Source: Trueperaceae bacterium
GTDB lineage: Bacteria > Deinococcota > Deinococci > Deinococcales > Trueperaceae
Length of the DNA: 28,264 bases
NCBI GenBank assembly: GCA_040905465.1
Contig: JBBDRK010000007.1
Span: forward strand, 1-28,264
Reading direction: 5' to 3'
The notes below the pieces were generated by a model, which was not told the DNA's origin, made no database searches, and saw only the letters and a program-made list of their open reading frames with translations. How positions within the stretch are numbered: the stretch's first letter is position 1; every line of letters starts with the position of its first letter. The translations under genes and the position numbers were made by a program. Of this stretch, positions 14,957 through 28,264 are shown piece after piece.

Positions 14957-15982
14957 TCAGGCCTCAGGGTCGAGTTCGCCGCGCTGGAACAGTGCGCGTA
15001 GCGCCTCGGTGACCTGTGGATCGAACTCGGTCCCGGCCTTGGCGACGATGCCGTCCACCGCCTCCCGCACGCCCCGTGTTCCGCCTGAGTGCGCTTCGTC
15101 GGTCACCGCCGTGTAGGCATCGGCCACGGCCAGTATTCGCCCCTCCAACGGTATCGCGTCGCCCTTTAGCCCATTCGGGTAGCCGCTGCCGTCCCAATGT
15201 TCGTGGTGCGTGAGGGCGATAGCTTCAGCCAGTCGGATCAGTTCCGACTGGCCTCCGGACAGAAGCTGGGCACCCCGTACCGTATGCAACTCGACGATCT
15301 CCGCCTCGGCCGCCGACAGCTCGCCGCGCTTGAGCCAGATGCCGTCGGGAATGGCGATCATTCCAACGTCGTGGAGGCGAGAGGCCCGCAGGATCAAGTC
15401 CACCCGTTCGCTGCCGGCGCCCAGACGCTTGGCCAGCATGGCAGCCAAGCGCGAGACCCTCCAGACACGCTCGCCCGCGCCTTCATCGCGGTACTCGGCC
15501 GCCTGGCTCAGACGAACCAGCATTTCTATCTGGGCATGCTCCAGTTGCGCCGTCCGCTCCCGCACTCGCTCCTCGAGAAACCTGTTCTGATCGAGCAACT
15601 GCAAGTGGAAGCGGCGCGCCTCGAGCAGATTCCTCACCCGCAACCGCACCTCGACAGCGCTCAGCGGCTTAGTCAGGAAGTCCCGGGCCCCGCCGGCCAG
15701 TGCCTTGCGCCTGACGTCGGCGTTGTCATCGGCCGTCAGCATCAGGATTGGGAAGTAACTGTCCTCGCTCAGTACCGGCCGCAACGCCTCGATTACCGCC
15801 AGCCCATCGAGATGCGGCATCCGGTAGTCGAGGATGAGCAGATCCGGTTCGAAACTCTCGAAGCAGCCGAGCACCTCACGCGGATCCTGAAGAGCCAGCA
15901 ATTGGGTAAAGCCGTCGCGCTGTAGGACCGACTGCAGCACCACCAGATTGGCCTCCTCGTCATCGACGACGAGGATCTTCAT
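14957..15982 (-). CDS. Response regulator with C-terminal HD-GYP domain (RpfG-like), degenerate
   Basis: REC domain: ILVVDD, DLLILDYRMPHLDG, MLTA, DFLTKP. HD-GYP domain: RLHDVG, HHEHWDGSGYP.GL.G..IP. Alternative GTG start at 15997. Confidence 0.9.
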   Translation of the reverse strand: MKILVVDDEEANLVVLQSVLQRDGFTQLLALQDPREVLGCFESFEPDLLILDYRMPHLDGLAVIEALRPVLSEDSYFPILMLTADDNADVRRKALAGGARDFLTKPLSAVEVRLRVRNLLEARRFHLQLLDQNRFLEERVRERTAQLEHAQIEMLVRLSQAAEYRDEGAGERVWRVSRLAAMLAKRLGAGSERVDLILRASRLHDVGMIAIPDGIWLKRGELSAAEAEIVELHTVRGAQLLSGGQSELIRLAEAIALTHHEHWDGSGYPNGLKGDAIPLEGRILAVADAYTAVTDEAHSGGTRGVREAVDGIVAKAGTEFDPQVTEALRALFQRGELDPEA

Positions 15983-16042
15983 CAACTCCAGCTCCACTAT
16001 CAGTCCATCGTAGCCCACTGCGCCTTGCCGTGAGACGAGAGC

Positions 16043-16066
16043 GGCGGCGCCCCGGAGGACGCCGCC
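16043..16066 (-). terminator. Hairpin downstream of nuoN
   Basis: The minus strand reads GGCGGCGTCC-TCCG-GGGCGCCGCC, a 10-bp stem with one G-U pair and a C(UNCG)G tetraloop. The U-tract is weak. Confidence 0.55.
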
Positions 16067-16092
16067 TGTCCGCCACCTACCGCAGGACTTAC

Positions 16093-17562
16093 CTACCGGG
16101 TTGCCAGCAGTTGCGAGCCGACCTCCAGCAGTCCGTACCACCAGCCGGGAAACAACCCGAAGAGCAGCGTTCCTAGCGCCGCCAGCGCCAGCGCCGAGCC
16201 GGTGAAGGGGCTGGCGATTCGCGGCGGCTGGTAGGCGGGATCGTGGAAGTACATGTAGCCGATCACCCGGAAGTAGTAAGCCGCCGCCACCACGCTGGTC
16301 AGGATCCCGATGACCGCCAGCGCGTAGTGTCCGCCGGCCAGGGCGGCACCGAAGACCATGACCTTGCCGGCGAAGCCGGCCAGCGGCGGGATGCCGGCCA
16401 GGCTGAGCATGAACAGGGCCATGGCAACGGCCAGCCATGGCCGAGTGCGACCGAGGCCGGCGAAGCGCTCGAGCTCGTCTCCGTGGTCCAGCCTGTCGCC
16501 CAGCAGCGTCAGCACCGCGAACGCCCCTGCCGTCATGAGCGTATAGGCCATCAGATACCACATGGCCGCCTGCATACCGCCGCTGTCGACGGCCAGCACG
16601 GCCAGGCCCAGGTAGCCGGCATGAGCGACCGATGAATAGGCCAGCATGCGCTTCACGCCTCGTTGCATGTAGGCGGCCAGATTGCCTATCACCATCGTCA
16701 GGCCGACGACCCAGGCGAGTGCCTCCAGCACCACCGGCGACAGTTCCGGCAGGAAGCTCGCCGCCACCCGCAACAGCGCGCCGATGGCAGCGGTCTTGAC
16801 CACCACGCTCATGAATGCGGTTACGGCGGTGGGCGCGCCGGTGTAGGCGTCAGGGGCCCACTGGTGGAACGGCACCAGCGACGCCTTGAAAGCCAGGCCG
16901 GCCACAACCAGCATCCCGCCGAGAGTGGCCAGCATCAGCGACGAGAAACCGTCTGCGCCCAACGCCGAAGCGATCTCGGCATAGTGGAAGCTGCCGCTGG
17001 CGCCGTAGGTGAGAGCGATTCCGTAGATCAGGAACGCGGACGCGAAAGCACCGAGCAGGAAGTACTTCATGCCGGCCTCCTCGCTCTCGCGTGCTCCCTG
17101 CCGCCATGCCGACAGCACGTACACGGCCAGAGAGGTGATCTCCAGGCCCAGGAGCAGCGTTATCAGGTCTCCAGCGGCCACCATCACCATCGCCCCGGCG
17201 GCCGAAAGCAACATCAGCGGGTAGTACTCGGGGTGATCGAGACCGGTGCGCTCCAGATAGTCGTAAGAGATCAGCACCGCCAGCACCGTACCCACGATGA
17301 TGACGAAGTTGAACGAGGTCGCCGGCAGGTCGGCCAGGTAGTTAAGCCCGAAGCCTGCCCCACCCAGGCCGAAACGCTCGTTCTGGAAGAGCGCTAGATT
17401 CAAGATGGCGGAGCTGGCCAGCCCGACGAGCGCCAGCAGGCCGGTAGCGCGCCCGTCCTTCTGATAGAGGGCGAACATCAGGCCGAATCCGGCCGTGAGC
17501 AGAAGGGTCAGGGGTGGCGCGATCGCCAACCAGTTGATGTCGAGGACCGGCGGAAGGCTCAT
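16093..17562 (-). CDS. nuoN: NADH-quinone oxidoreductase subunit N
   Basis: LGLEITSL, SEEAGMKYFLLGA, FK...PFHQWAPDAY.GAP, KRMLAYSSVAHAGY and SLAGIPPLAGF.GK motifs. ATGA overlap with the nuoM stop. Confidence 0.95.
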   Translation of the reverse strand: MSLPPVLDINWLAIAPPLTLLLTAGFGLMFALYQKDGRATGLLALVGLASSAILNLALFQNERFGLGGAGFGLNYLADLPATSFNFVIIVGTVLAVLISYDYLERTGLDHPEYYPLMLLSAAGAMVMVAAGDLITLLLGLEITSLAVYVLSAWRQGARESEEAGMKYFLLGAFASAFLIYGIALTYGASGSFHYAEIASALGADGFSSLMLATLGGMLVVAGLAFKASLVPFHQWAPDAYTGAPTAVTAFMSVVVKTAAIGALLRVAASFLPELSPVVLEALAWVVGLTMVIGNLAAYMQRGVKRMLAYSSVAHAGYLGLAVLAVDSGGMQAAMWYLMAYTLMTAGAFAVLTLLGDRLDHGDELERFAGLGRTRPWLAVAMALFMLSLAGIPPLAGFAGKVMVFGAALAGGHYALAVIGILTSVVAAAYYFRVIGYMYFHDPAYQPPRIASPFTGSALALAALGTLLFGLFPGWWYGLLEVGSQLLATR

Positions 17563-19040
17563 CGCTTCTCCTCGGTTTCGCCGGCCGGACCGGGAGTCAG
17601 GGCCGTGTGCCCGACTTGCGTCGCCGGTGGCGGCTGTCCCAGCATCACCCGCGACTGCACCTCGATCCGCTCCAGTTGCGGCGCTGGCGCCAGCCCCAGC
17701 CACAGGATGCCGGCGACGATCGGAACCAGCACCAGAGCTTCGAATGGCCCGAGATCGCCCACCTGTGACGCCTGGCGATCCTGATAGATGCGCTGATAGA
17801 GGTTCACACCGTAAACTCCGGCAGCGATCACGGCCGCCACGGCAACCACCGCGGCCGACACACTGGCCTCGAACGCGCCCAGCAGGCTGAGGAACTCGCC
17901 CGGGAAGTTAGCCAGTCCCGGTACCCCGATACTGGCAAACAGCACGAACAGGCTCGTCCCGGCCAGGGCCGGAGCGCTCCGAGCCAGCCCACCGTAGGCG
18001 CTCAACTCGAATGTGCCCACGCGGGCATGAAGCATGCCGGCGAGCAGGAACATCCCGCCGGTAGACAACATCTGCGCCGCCAGCAGGTACATCGCGCCGT
18101 TCGCTCCACTGATCTCCAGAGCAAACACGCCGGCACCGGCGATTCCCATGTGCGAAAGCGAGGCGTAGGCGAGGAGACCCCGGAGATCGGTCTGACGGGT
18201 AGCGATGACCGCGCAGTAGAGGGCGGTGACCGAGGCCAACGCCAGCAGCAGCGGACTCCACCGTTCGGCAGCCAGCGGCAACAGCGGCAGCGCCCAGGCG
18301 AAGAAACCGAAGGCGCCGACCTTGTAGAGGGTTCCGGCCACGTCGGCCGCTCCCGACGGGTGATTCTGGGTGTGGAAGTCCGGCAGCCACGAGTGCAGCG
18401 GCAGCAGCGGCAACTTGACTGCGAACGCCGCGGCGAATCCCGCGAACAGCCACATCTGGGCTTCTAGTCCAATCGCCGGCGTGGCGGCCAGCAAATCGGC
18501 AAACTGGTAGGAGACGGCGCCGGAGAGAGGCTTGAGCGCCAATATGCTCACCAGCATCAGGAACGAGCCGCTTACCGCGTAGAGCAGATACTTGACCATC
18601 GCCTCGCGGCGGCGCTCGAGGCCCCAGCCGCCCAGCATGAACAGGCTCGGTATCAGGGTCGCTTCCCAGAACACGTAGAACAGGAGCAGGTCCTTTGCCA
18701 GGAACAGGCCGTTCAGGAAGCCTTGCATCGCCAGCAGGAGTGCCAGAAAGATATTGGTGCGCGACTCCACCCGCAATCCCGCCCACAGCACGGCCGGGAT
18801 CATGGTGAGTGCCGCCACCATCACCAGGACCGAAGCCGCACCCGTCGGGTCGAGCGTGAAGGTTGCGCCGATTCCGGGAATCCAGGCGCGACTTATGCCG
18901 GCGCTGCCGCTCAGGAAGAGGCTGAACACGAACGTGGCGATGGAGGCGGCCAGGGCGAGGGCGCGCGACACACGTAGCGCCGGCACCAGGACCAGCAACG
19001 AGGCAGCCGCCAGTGGAATCAAGATGGTTGCCAGGATCAT
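17559..19040 (-). CDS. nuoM: NADH-quinone oxidoreductase subunit M
   Basis: DLLLFYVFWEATLIP, FAVKLPLLPLHSWLP, LAYASLSHMG and GVPGLANFPGEF motifs. Confidence 0.95.
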   Translation of the reverse strand: MILATILIPLAAASLLVLVPALRVSRALALAASIATFVFSLFLSGSAGISRAWIPGIGATFTLDPTGAASVLVMVAALTMIPAVLWAGLRVESRTNIFLALLLAMQGFLNGLFLAKDLLLFYVFWEATLIPSLFMLGGWGLERRREAMVKYLLYAVSGSFLMLVSILALKPLSGAVSYQFADLLAATPAIGLEAQMWLFAGFAAAFAVKLPLLPLHSWLPDFHTQNHPSGAADVAGTLYKVGAFGFFAWALPLLPLAAERWSPLLLALASVTALYCAVIATRQTDLRGLLAYASLSHMGIAGAGVFALEISGANGAMYLLAAQMLSTGGMFLLAGMLHARVGTFELSAYGGLARSAPALAGTSLFVLFASIGVPGLANFPGEFLSLLGAFEASVSAAVVAVAAVIAAGVYGVNLYQRIYQDRQASQVGDLGPFEALVLVPIVAGILWLGLAPAPQLERIEVQSRVMLGQPPPATQVGHTALTPGPAGETEEKR

Positions 19041-21007
19041 GACGGCACTCCTTGCAACGGAAGACTTCCGAAGAGTGAGCTCAGGATCAGGAGCAGAACC
19101 AGAGCCAGCACTCCCAGAAGCATGGTCATCGCGTAAGTTCGAACGTAGCCCGACTGCAGCCCCAGCGAAGCACGGGCGAGCAGTCCGGCCAGGCCACCGG
19201 TCCCGCTGACGCCCCTGTCGAGCAGGTCACGGTCTAGAGCCCCCAAGCCGTCGGCGGTGCCCTCGGCGGCGGCCTTGATGGTGCTGTTGTAAAGGGCGTC
19301 GAACCCTGCGCCCTCGCGCGAGAGGCGGCCGAGCGCGCCGCTGCCCCAGCGCTGGCCGGGTCGGCCGGAACGCAGATGATAGGTCCAGTAAGCGAGCCCG
19401 AGGCCGAGACCGGCGGCCGCGATCGAGAGCGCCACCAGGCTCCACTCCACGGCCGCGGCAGGATGCAGGAACGCCACCTCGGCTCCCACCGCCGGCTCGA
19501 GCCACGAACCGATCCAGTTGGGGAAGGCGAACTCCGGGAGGCCCAGATAGCCGGCGGCCACGCTGAACAGCGCCAGAATCGCCAGCGGCACAGTCATCAC
19601 CGCCGGAGACTCGTGTACCCTGCGCTCGACGTCGGTAGCCAGGCGCGAACGGCCGGCGAACACCAGGTAGTACCAGCGGAACATGTAGAACGCCGTCATG
19701 GCGGCGGTCACCAGCAGCACGACGTAGAGGCCCATCCCACCGTAGTCGCGCAGCCACTCGCTCCCGTACACGCCGGCCAGAATCGCGTCCTTGGAAAAGA
19801 AGCCGGCCAGCAGCGGTACGCCCGCTATCGCCAACGTGGCGACAAGCGCGGTGACGCCGGTTACCGGCATCAACCGCCCCAGGCCGCCCATCTTGCGCAC
19901 GTCCTGCTCGCCGGCCATGGCATGAATCACCGAGCCGGCGCCGAGGAACAGCAGCGCCTTGAAAAAGGCGTGGGTGAACAGGTGGAATACCGCCGCCGTG
20001 TAGGCTCCGGCCCCAGCAGCCGCGAACATGAAGCCGAGCTGTGAGATGGTCGAGTAGGCGAGGATCTTCTTTATGTCGGTCTGACCCATCGCAGCAAAGG
20101 CCGCCACCAGCGCGGTCAGCCCTCCGATCCAGGCTACCGCGGCAGCGGCGTCGGGCGCCTGGGCGAAAAGCGGGGCCGATCGGGCAACCAGATAGACGCC
20201 GGCAGTGACCATGGTGGCGGCATGGATCAGGGCCGAGACCGGCGTCGGCCCGGCCATGGCGTCGGGCAGCCAGACCTGCAGCGGAAGCTGAGCCGACTTG
20301 CCGGCAGCCGCCAGCAGGAACAGCAGGCCGATAGCCGTCAGCACCGCGGAGCCGTAGGCAAGGTTGCCGGCGGCCTGATTCATCGCGGCGATGTCGAGCG
20401 TGCCGAAGGTACGGTAGCCGAGGAACATGGCCAGGAGGAAGCCGGTATCGCCGATCCGGTTGACTATGAAGGCCTTGCGGGCCGCGTCCGCGTTCAGCCG
20501 CTCGGCGTACCAGAATCCGATCAGCAGATACGAGCACACGCCGACGCCCTCCCAGCCCACGAACATCAGCAGGTAGGAATCGGCCATCACCAGTATCAGC
20601 ATGGCGGCGACGAACAGGTTGAGCGCCGAGAAGTAGCGGCTTAGGCCGGCGTCGCCGTGCATGTAGCCCACCGAGTAGAGGTGGATGAGCAGGCCGACCC
20701 CGGTTATGACCAACATCAGCAGAACGCTGAGCTGGTCGAGTACGAAGCCGAGCGACAGTTGCAGCTCGCCGGCGACGAGGTACGGCCACAGGCTCACCTC
20801 GGAAGCGCGTTCCGGCTGGGCCAGTAACGCAATGAACGCCACCAGCGAGAGCAGGAAGGCGACGCCGGTGGCGATGGTGGCCAACAGACCGGGTAGCGGC
20901 TCCTTCAGGCGAGCGCCCCACAGGCCGTTGACGAGCGAGCCGACCAGCACCACCAGCGGTGCGAAGGCGGCCCAGGCGAGGGGATTGGAGAAGTATTCTT
21001 CCGGCAT
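19037..21007 (-). CDS. nuoL: NADH-quinone oxidoreductase subunit L
   Basis: GWEGVGVCSYLLIGFW, NRIGD, GKSAQLPLQVWLPDAMAGPTPVSALIHAATMVTAG and HAFFKALLFL motifs. ATG at 21007 overlaps the nuoK TGA. Confidence 0.96.
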   Translation of the reverse strand: MPEEYFSNPLAWAAFAPLVVLVGSLVNGLWGARLKEPLPGLLATIATGVAFLLSLVAFIALLAQPERASEVSLWPYLVAGELQLSLGFVLDQLSVLLMLVITGVGLLIHLYSVGYMHGDAGLSRYFSALNLFVAAMLILVMADSYLLMFVGWEGVGVCSYLLIGFWYAERLNADAARKAFIVNRIGDTGFLLAMFLGYRTFGTLDIAAMNQAAGNLAYGSAVLTAIGLLFLLAAAGKSAQLPLQVWLPDAMAGPTPVSALIHAATMVTAGVYLVARSAPLFAQAPDAAAAVAWIGGLTALVAAFAAMGQTDIKKILAYSTISQLGFMFAAAGAGAYTAAVFHLFTHAFFKALLFLGAGSVIHAMAGEQDVRKMGGLGRLMPVTGVTALVATLAIAGVPLLAGFFSKDAILAGVYGSEWLRDYGGMGLYVVLLVTAAMTAFYMFRWYYLVFAGRSRLATDVERRVHESPAVMTVPLAILALFSVAAGYLGLPEFAFPNWIGSWLEPAVGAEVAFLHPAAAVEWSLVALSIAAAGLGLGLAYWTYHLRSGRPGQRWGSGALGRLSREGAGFDALYNSTIKAAAEGTADGLGALDRDLLDRGVSGTGGLAGLLARASLGLQSGYVRTYAMTMLLGVLALVLLLILSSLFGSLPLQGVPS

Positions 21008-21327
21008 CAGTAGCGGACCTCGGAGAGCGCGTCGACGTCGGTGCTCGAGCGGTTGCGGAATATGGCCACCAGGATCCCCAGGCCCACAGCGACTTCGGCT
21101 GCGGCCACCGCCAGAATTATGAACACCGCGCTCTGGCCGCTCATGGCTACCGCCTGACCGGCGGCGCTCCACTGCCGGGAGTAAGCGACCAGCGCCAGGT
21201 TGGCGGCGTTGAGCATCAGTTCGACCGACAGGAAGACCAGTATCGCGCTACGGCGGGTAAGCACTCCTACCGCGCCGATGGCGAACAGCACGGCGCTGAG
21301 CGCAACGTAATATTCGGTGCCGACCAC
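21007..21327 (-). CDS. nuoK: NADH-quinone oxidoreductase subunit K
   Basis: LFAIG..GVLTRR, ELMLNAANL and VAAAEVAVGL motifs. Confidence 0.96.
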   Translation of the reverse strand: MVGTEYYVALSAVLFAIGAVGVLTRRSAILVFLSVELMLNAANLALVAYSRQWSAAGQAVAMSGQSAVFIILAVAAAEVAVGLGILVAIFRNRSSTDVDALSEVRY

Positions 21328-21355
21328 TCAGGCGCTCCTGTCGAGGCAGGCCGGC

Positions 21356-21924
<569 letters not shown>

Positions 21925-21925
<1 letters not shown>

Positions 21926-22452
21926 CAGTGGTCGACCCCTTCGAGCTCCGGCCGGGGACCGGAACGAAATCCCAGATGGACGGCCTTGCCCTTCTTCTCG
22001 GCCTCGCGCCGTTGCCACTTGGAGCCCGTCACGCCCACCAGCATGTCCTCCTTGCCGTAGACGAGGTCGTCGTAGCGGAAGTCGGCCAGCTCGAACTCGT
22101 GGCCCAGCACGACCGCTCCGGTGGGGCAGGCTTCCTCGCACATCCCACAGAAGATGCAGCGCAGCATGTTTATCTCGTAGATGCTGGCGTAACGCTCGCC
22201 GGCCGAGGTCGGGTCGTCCGGGTCGTTCTCGGCCGCCTCGACATAGATTGCATACGCCGGGCACACCGCCGCGCACAGGGAGCAGCCGATGCACTTCTCG
22301 AGGCCGCTGTCGGGATGCCGGAGCAGGTGATGACGGCCGCGGAAGCGCGGTTTGATGTCGGCCGGATCCTCCGGGTACTTCACCGTGACCGGTTTCTTGA
22401 ACAGGTGGCCGAGCGTCACCCCCATTCCCTTGGCGATACTGATGACACTCAT
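21925..22452 (-). CDS. nuoI: NADH-quinone oxidoreductase subunit I
   Basis: PRFRGRH and two 4Fe-4S motifs, [12 protein letters not shown] and [12 protein letters not shown]. Confidence 0.97.
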
Positions 22453-22479
22453 AACGCACCTCCAGTGCGTACGTTTTGC

Positions 22480-23492
22480 TCAAAGTACAAAGGCGATCAC
22501 CGCCGCGGTCAGGAGCGCCGCACCGAGCGCGACCTCGAACAGGTAGATCCAGCCGAAGCGCATGAGCTGGTCGTAGCGCAGCCGCGGCAAGGTGGCGCGC
22601 AGCCAGATGAACAGGAACATGAAGATAGCCATCTTGGCGATCAGCCAGACGAACGGCCACTGCGAGACGCCCGGTATCACCGCGTCCAGAAACGCCGGGC
22701 CGCGCCAGCCGCCCAGGAACAGGGTGCTGATGAAAGCCGCGGCCGTCATCATGTTCACGTACTCGGCCATCTGGTAGAGCGCCCACTTGATGCTGGAGTA
22801 TTCGGTCAGGTAGCCGGCTACAATCTCCTGCTCTGCTTCCGGCAGGTCGAAGGGTGTGCGGTTGACTTCGGCGATGCCGGAGATCACGAACGTCACGAAA
22901 GCGACCGCGAGGCCCGGCCACAACCAGGGGCTGACCGCCCATACGCCCAGGTCGACGATCTCCCGCAGGTTCAGGGTACCGGCGATCATTATGACCGTGA
23001 GCACGCTGAGGCCCAGGCCCAACTCGTAGGAGATCATCTGGGCGGACGAACGCAGGCTCCCCAACAGCGGGTACTTGCTGTTGGACGCCCAGCCGCCCAG
23101 GAAGATGCCGTAGATGCCGATGCTGGTTACGGCCAACAGATAGAGGATTCCGATGTCCAGGTCGAGCACCCATGGGTCGAAGCCGAAGAGGCTGCCAGCC
23201 GGGCCGGCCGGAATTATCGCGAACGCCGACAGCGCGAAGGTGATGCTGATGAATGGCGCCAGGTAGTAGACCAGTCGATCGGCGGCGGACACCGTAATGT
23301 CTTCCTTGAATACCGACTTCAGTGCGTCGGCGATGGGCTGCAGCAGTCCCAGCGGGCCGACCCGGGTCGGCCCCAGGCGGTGCTGCATGCGAGCCAGGAT
23401 GCGCCTTTCGACCAAGGTCATGTATGCGAACGCACCCAGCAACACGCCGCACATCACCAGCGCCTTGGCGGCGGTCACCCACAGCGGATCCA

Positions 23493-23496
<4 letters not shown>
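22480..23496 (-). CDS. nuoH: NADH-quinone oxidoreductase subunit H
   Basis: [50 protein letters not shown] and [11 protein letters not shown] motifs. Confidence 0.97.
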
Positions 23497-26000
<2,504 letters not shown>

Positions 26001-26013
26001 GCGGGGCTGTCCT

Positions 26014-27357
26014 TCATGCCTGCCACCAGTCCGACTTGGGATACTTCGGTCGTCCGTGCTCCACCAGATACTCGTACTCGTGGCGGAAATACTTGAACGA
26101 CGCCTGCACCGGTATCGCGCAAGCGTCGGCCAACGGGCAGAACGCCGTGCCGCGCAGGTTGCGCGCCATGTCCTCCATCAGCGTGAGGTCGCTGGGGGCG
26201 CCCAGGCCCTCGAGCAGCTTGCGGTACATCTGCGGCAACCAGGTGGCCACGCCCTCGCGGCAAGGGGTGCACTTGCCGCACGACTCATGCGCGTAGAAGC
26301 GTACGACGTTGTACATGGCATCCACCATGCACTTCTCCTCGGGAATGAGGATCAACCCGCCGGTGCCCAGCATCGATCCCTTCCTGGCGACCGAGGCGTA
26401 CTCCATGGGAGTGTCGAGGAACTCATCGGTGAACGGGAAGAGCGGGCAACTGGTGCCGCCGGGGATGAACGCCTTGGCGGGCATTGCCGGCCCGCCACCG
26501 ACGTCGAAGATGATCTCGCGGTAGGTGATGCCCATGGGTACCTCGTAGACGCCGGGGCGGGCTATCGGGCCGGACAGCTGCACGTGATGGAAGCCCTTGG
26601 AGTCTTCGGTTCCCATGGTCGAGAACCAGGCGGCGCCGCGGGCGATGATGTGCACTGCCGATGCCAGCGTGGTGACGTTGTTGATGGTGGTCGGCAGCCC
26701 GTAGACGCCGGCCTGGGCCGGGAAGGGCGGCTTGAGTCGGGGAGTGGCGCGCAGCCCTTCGAACGAGTTCATCAAGGCGGTCTCTTCGCCGCAGATGTAT
26801 GCGCCGGCGCCGCGATGAAGGATCAGGTCGAAGTCGAAGCCGCTGCCGAAGATGTTCTCACCCAGGTAGCCGGCCGCTCGGGCATCGGCCATCGCCTGCA
26901 GCAGCCGCTCGTAGGCCAGCCAGTACTCACCGCGGACGTAGAGCACGCCCTTGGTGGAGCCTATCGCGTAACCGCCGAGAATCATCCCTTCGATCAGCTG
27001 ATGCGGGTCGTCCTCCATGATGTAGCGGTCCTTGCAGGAACCGGGCTCCGACTCGTCGGCGTTGCAGACGATGAAACGCTGGCGTTCGTCGGGCTTGGGC
27101 ATGAACGACCACTTGACTCCGGTCGGGAAGCCGGCGCCGCCGCGGCCGCGCAGCCCGGAAGCTTTCATCTCGTTTACCACCTCGTCGGGCGTCATGCCTT
27201 CGAGCGCCTTCCGGGCAGAGGCGTATCCGCCGTGACCGAGGTAGTAGTCGAGCGTCCAGGCGTCAGGTGTTCCGACATGGCGGTACAGCACCACTTCGAA
27301 CCGGGGATCGCTTCGTGAGACGATCGGCGCCGGCCGTTCGGCGATTGCGTCGCTCAC
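26014..27357 (-). CDS. nuoF: NADH-quinone oxidoreductase subunit F
   Basis: [40 protein letters not shown] and [12 protein letters not shown]...FC motifs. Confidence 0.97.
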   Translation of the reverse strand: MSDAIAERPAPIVSRSDPRFEVVLYRHVGTPDAWTLDYYLGHGGYASARKALEGMTPDEVVNEMKASGLRGRGGAGFPTGVKWSFMPKPDERQRFIVCNADESEPGSCKDRYIMEDDPHQLIEGMILGGYAIGSTKGVLYVRGEYWLAYERLLQAMADARAAGYLGENIFGSGFDFDLILHRGAGAYICGEETALMNSFEGLRATPRLKPPFPAQAGVYGLPTTINNVTTLASAVHIIARGAAWFSTMGTEDSKGFHHVQLSGPIARPGVYEVPMGITYREIIFDVGGGPAMPAKAFIPGGTSCPLFPFTDEFLDTPMEYASVARKGSMLGTGGLILIPEEKCMVDAMYNVVRFYAHESCGKCTPCREGVATWLPQMYRKLLEGLGAPSDLTLMEDMARNLRGTAFCPLADACAIPVQASFKYFRHEYEYLVEHGRPKYPKSDWWQA

Positions 27358-27989
27358 CGGGATCCTCCCTCATCGCCGGCGGAACCGGCTTCCGAACCCG
27401 AGTTCCGCCCACCGCCTCGCCCTCTTTCGTGCTCTCCTTCAGTACTCGCGGCCGCATCCCCGCCACGCTCGAGCCAAGGCTCGGGCTGCTCATCCTGTTG
27501 CAGCTTGGCGAGCAGGCCGGCGCAACGCGAGCGGCTCACCCGTTCGTAGAAGGTGTCGTTGACCTGCAGCACCGGCGCGGTGGTGCAAGACCCCAGGCAC
27601 TCGACCTTCTGCAGGCTGAACCGGCCCCGCGAGTCGGTCTCGCCGTTTACGATCCCCAGCTCTTCCACCAGGTAGTCGAAGAGCTCGTCGGAACCGGCCA
27701 GTGAACAGGAGAGCGTGGCGCACACCTGCAGGTGAAAGCGTCCCACCGGATGATCATGGTAGGTGGAGTAGAAACTCATCACGCCTCGTACCTCGGTCGG
27801 GTGGATGCCGATGATCTCGGCGATCTCCTCCACCCTGGCTTCGCCGACATGCCGTTCGGCTCGCTGGACCTCCCACAGCAGCGGCATGACCGCGCTGCGC
27901 CTGCCGTACTCGGGATAGCTTTCCAGGATCTCCGCCAGTCGCTCCTGCTTGTCGGCGAAGAACGGCGGGACGGTGTTCAGTTCAACCAC
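27354..27989 (-). CDS. nuoE: NADH-quinone oxidoreductase subunit E
   Basis: SAVMPLL, V.SFY, VCATLSC and VECLGSC..AP (N1a ligands). Gly/acidic C-terminal tail. Confidence 0.96.
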   Translation of the reverse strand: MVELNTVPPFFADKQERLAEILESYPEYGRRSAVMPLLWEVQRAERHVGEARVEEIAEIIGIHPTEVRGVMSFYSTYHDHPVGRFHLQVCATLSCSLAGSDELFDYLVEELGIVNGETDSRGRFSLQKVECLGSCTTAPVLQVNDTFYERVSRSRCAGLLAKLQQDEQPEPWLERGGDAAASTEGEHERGRGGGRNSGSEAGSAGDEGGSR

Positions 27990-28028
27990 GGCGGTCTCCC
28001 CGGGCGAGGCCGGGCATTCGACAGTGCA

Positions 28029-28244
28029 TCAGTCGCCATCTCCCGGACGTTCATCGTCTCCGCCCGCCAGGCCGTCCGGCCCGGCGCCGCGCGTGAGGCC
28101 CAGGGCGATGCCGGCTCCGCTGCCGAGTACCAGGCCCAGTGCCGGATCGCTGCCGCTGGCGCTGGAGACGAGAAGGATAGCGGCGCCGATGACGATGCCG
28201 ATTCCGAATTTCGGCCGCAGCGCGGCGATCTTGGGGAGCTTCAC
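28029..28244 (-). CDS. Small hypothetical membrane protein directly upstream of nuoE (may extend past window edge)
   Basis: Two Gly-rich hydrophobic segments (FGIGIVIGAAILLV; LGLVLGSGAGIALGL) and an acidic tail. Same strand as the nuo genes. Confidence 0.6.
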   Translation of the reverse strand: MKLPKIAALRPKFGIGIVIGAAILLVSSASGSDPALGLVLGSGAGIALGLTRGAGPDGLAGGDDERPGDGD

Positions 28245-28264
28245 TTGACCACCTTCACTTGACC

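Overview
High-GC bacterial chromosome segment, most likely Deinococcota (Trueperaceae-like). This rests on the Thermus Nqo3-type insertion in NuoG and on repeated TANNNT -10 boxes directly ahead of start codons. Left part (1-6255): a partial aldo/keto reductase; a doxX / ring-cleaving dioxygenase / wrbA operon with a near-consensus sigma70 promoter, divergent from a Cys-containing HxlR/DUF24 regulator; dinB (Pol IV); a small hypothetical gene; and a UPF0316/DUF2179 membrane protein. Middle (about 6300-10800): a decayed accessory patch. It holds a zincin lipoprotein, a GNAT remnant, a clan-A glycoside-hydrolase-like lipoprotein, the C-terminal scrap of a surface protein, and a type IV TA locus (AbiE). 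The AbiE toxin is broken twice, while its antitoxin and a 46-bp operator-like inverted repeat look intact. Next come an AMP nucleosidase-like gene, a tail-anchored hypothetical, aspC, ndk, a DinB/YfiT-family protein, a rhodanese and a degenerate REC-HD-GYP protein. Right part (16093-27989): nuoE-nuoN of complex I on the minus strand, with NuoG lacking the N7 cluster ligands and a non-nuo small membrane ORF upstream of nuoE. I see no tRNA, rRNA, CRISPR array, integrase or transposase, and I cannot support a clearly new multi-gene system. The best leads are regulatory sites, degenerate active sites and the orphaned AbiE antitoxin. All family calls come from motif recognition by eye, not database searches.
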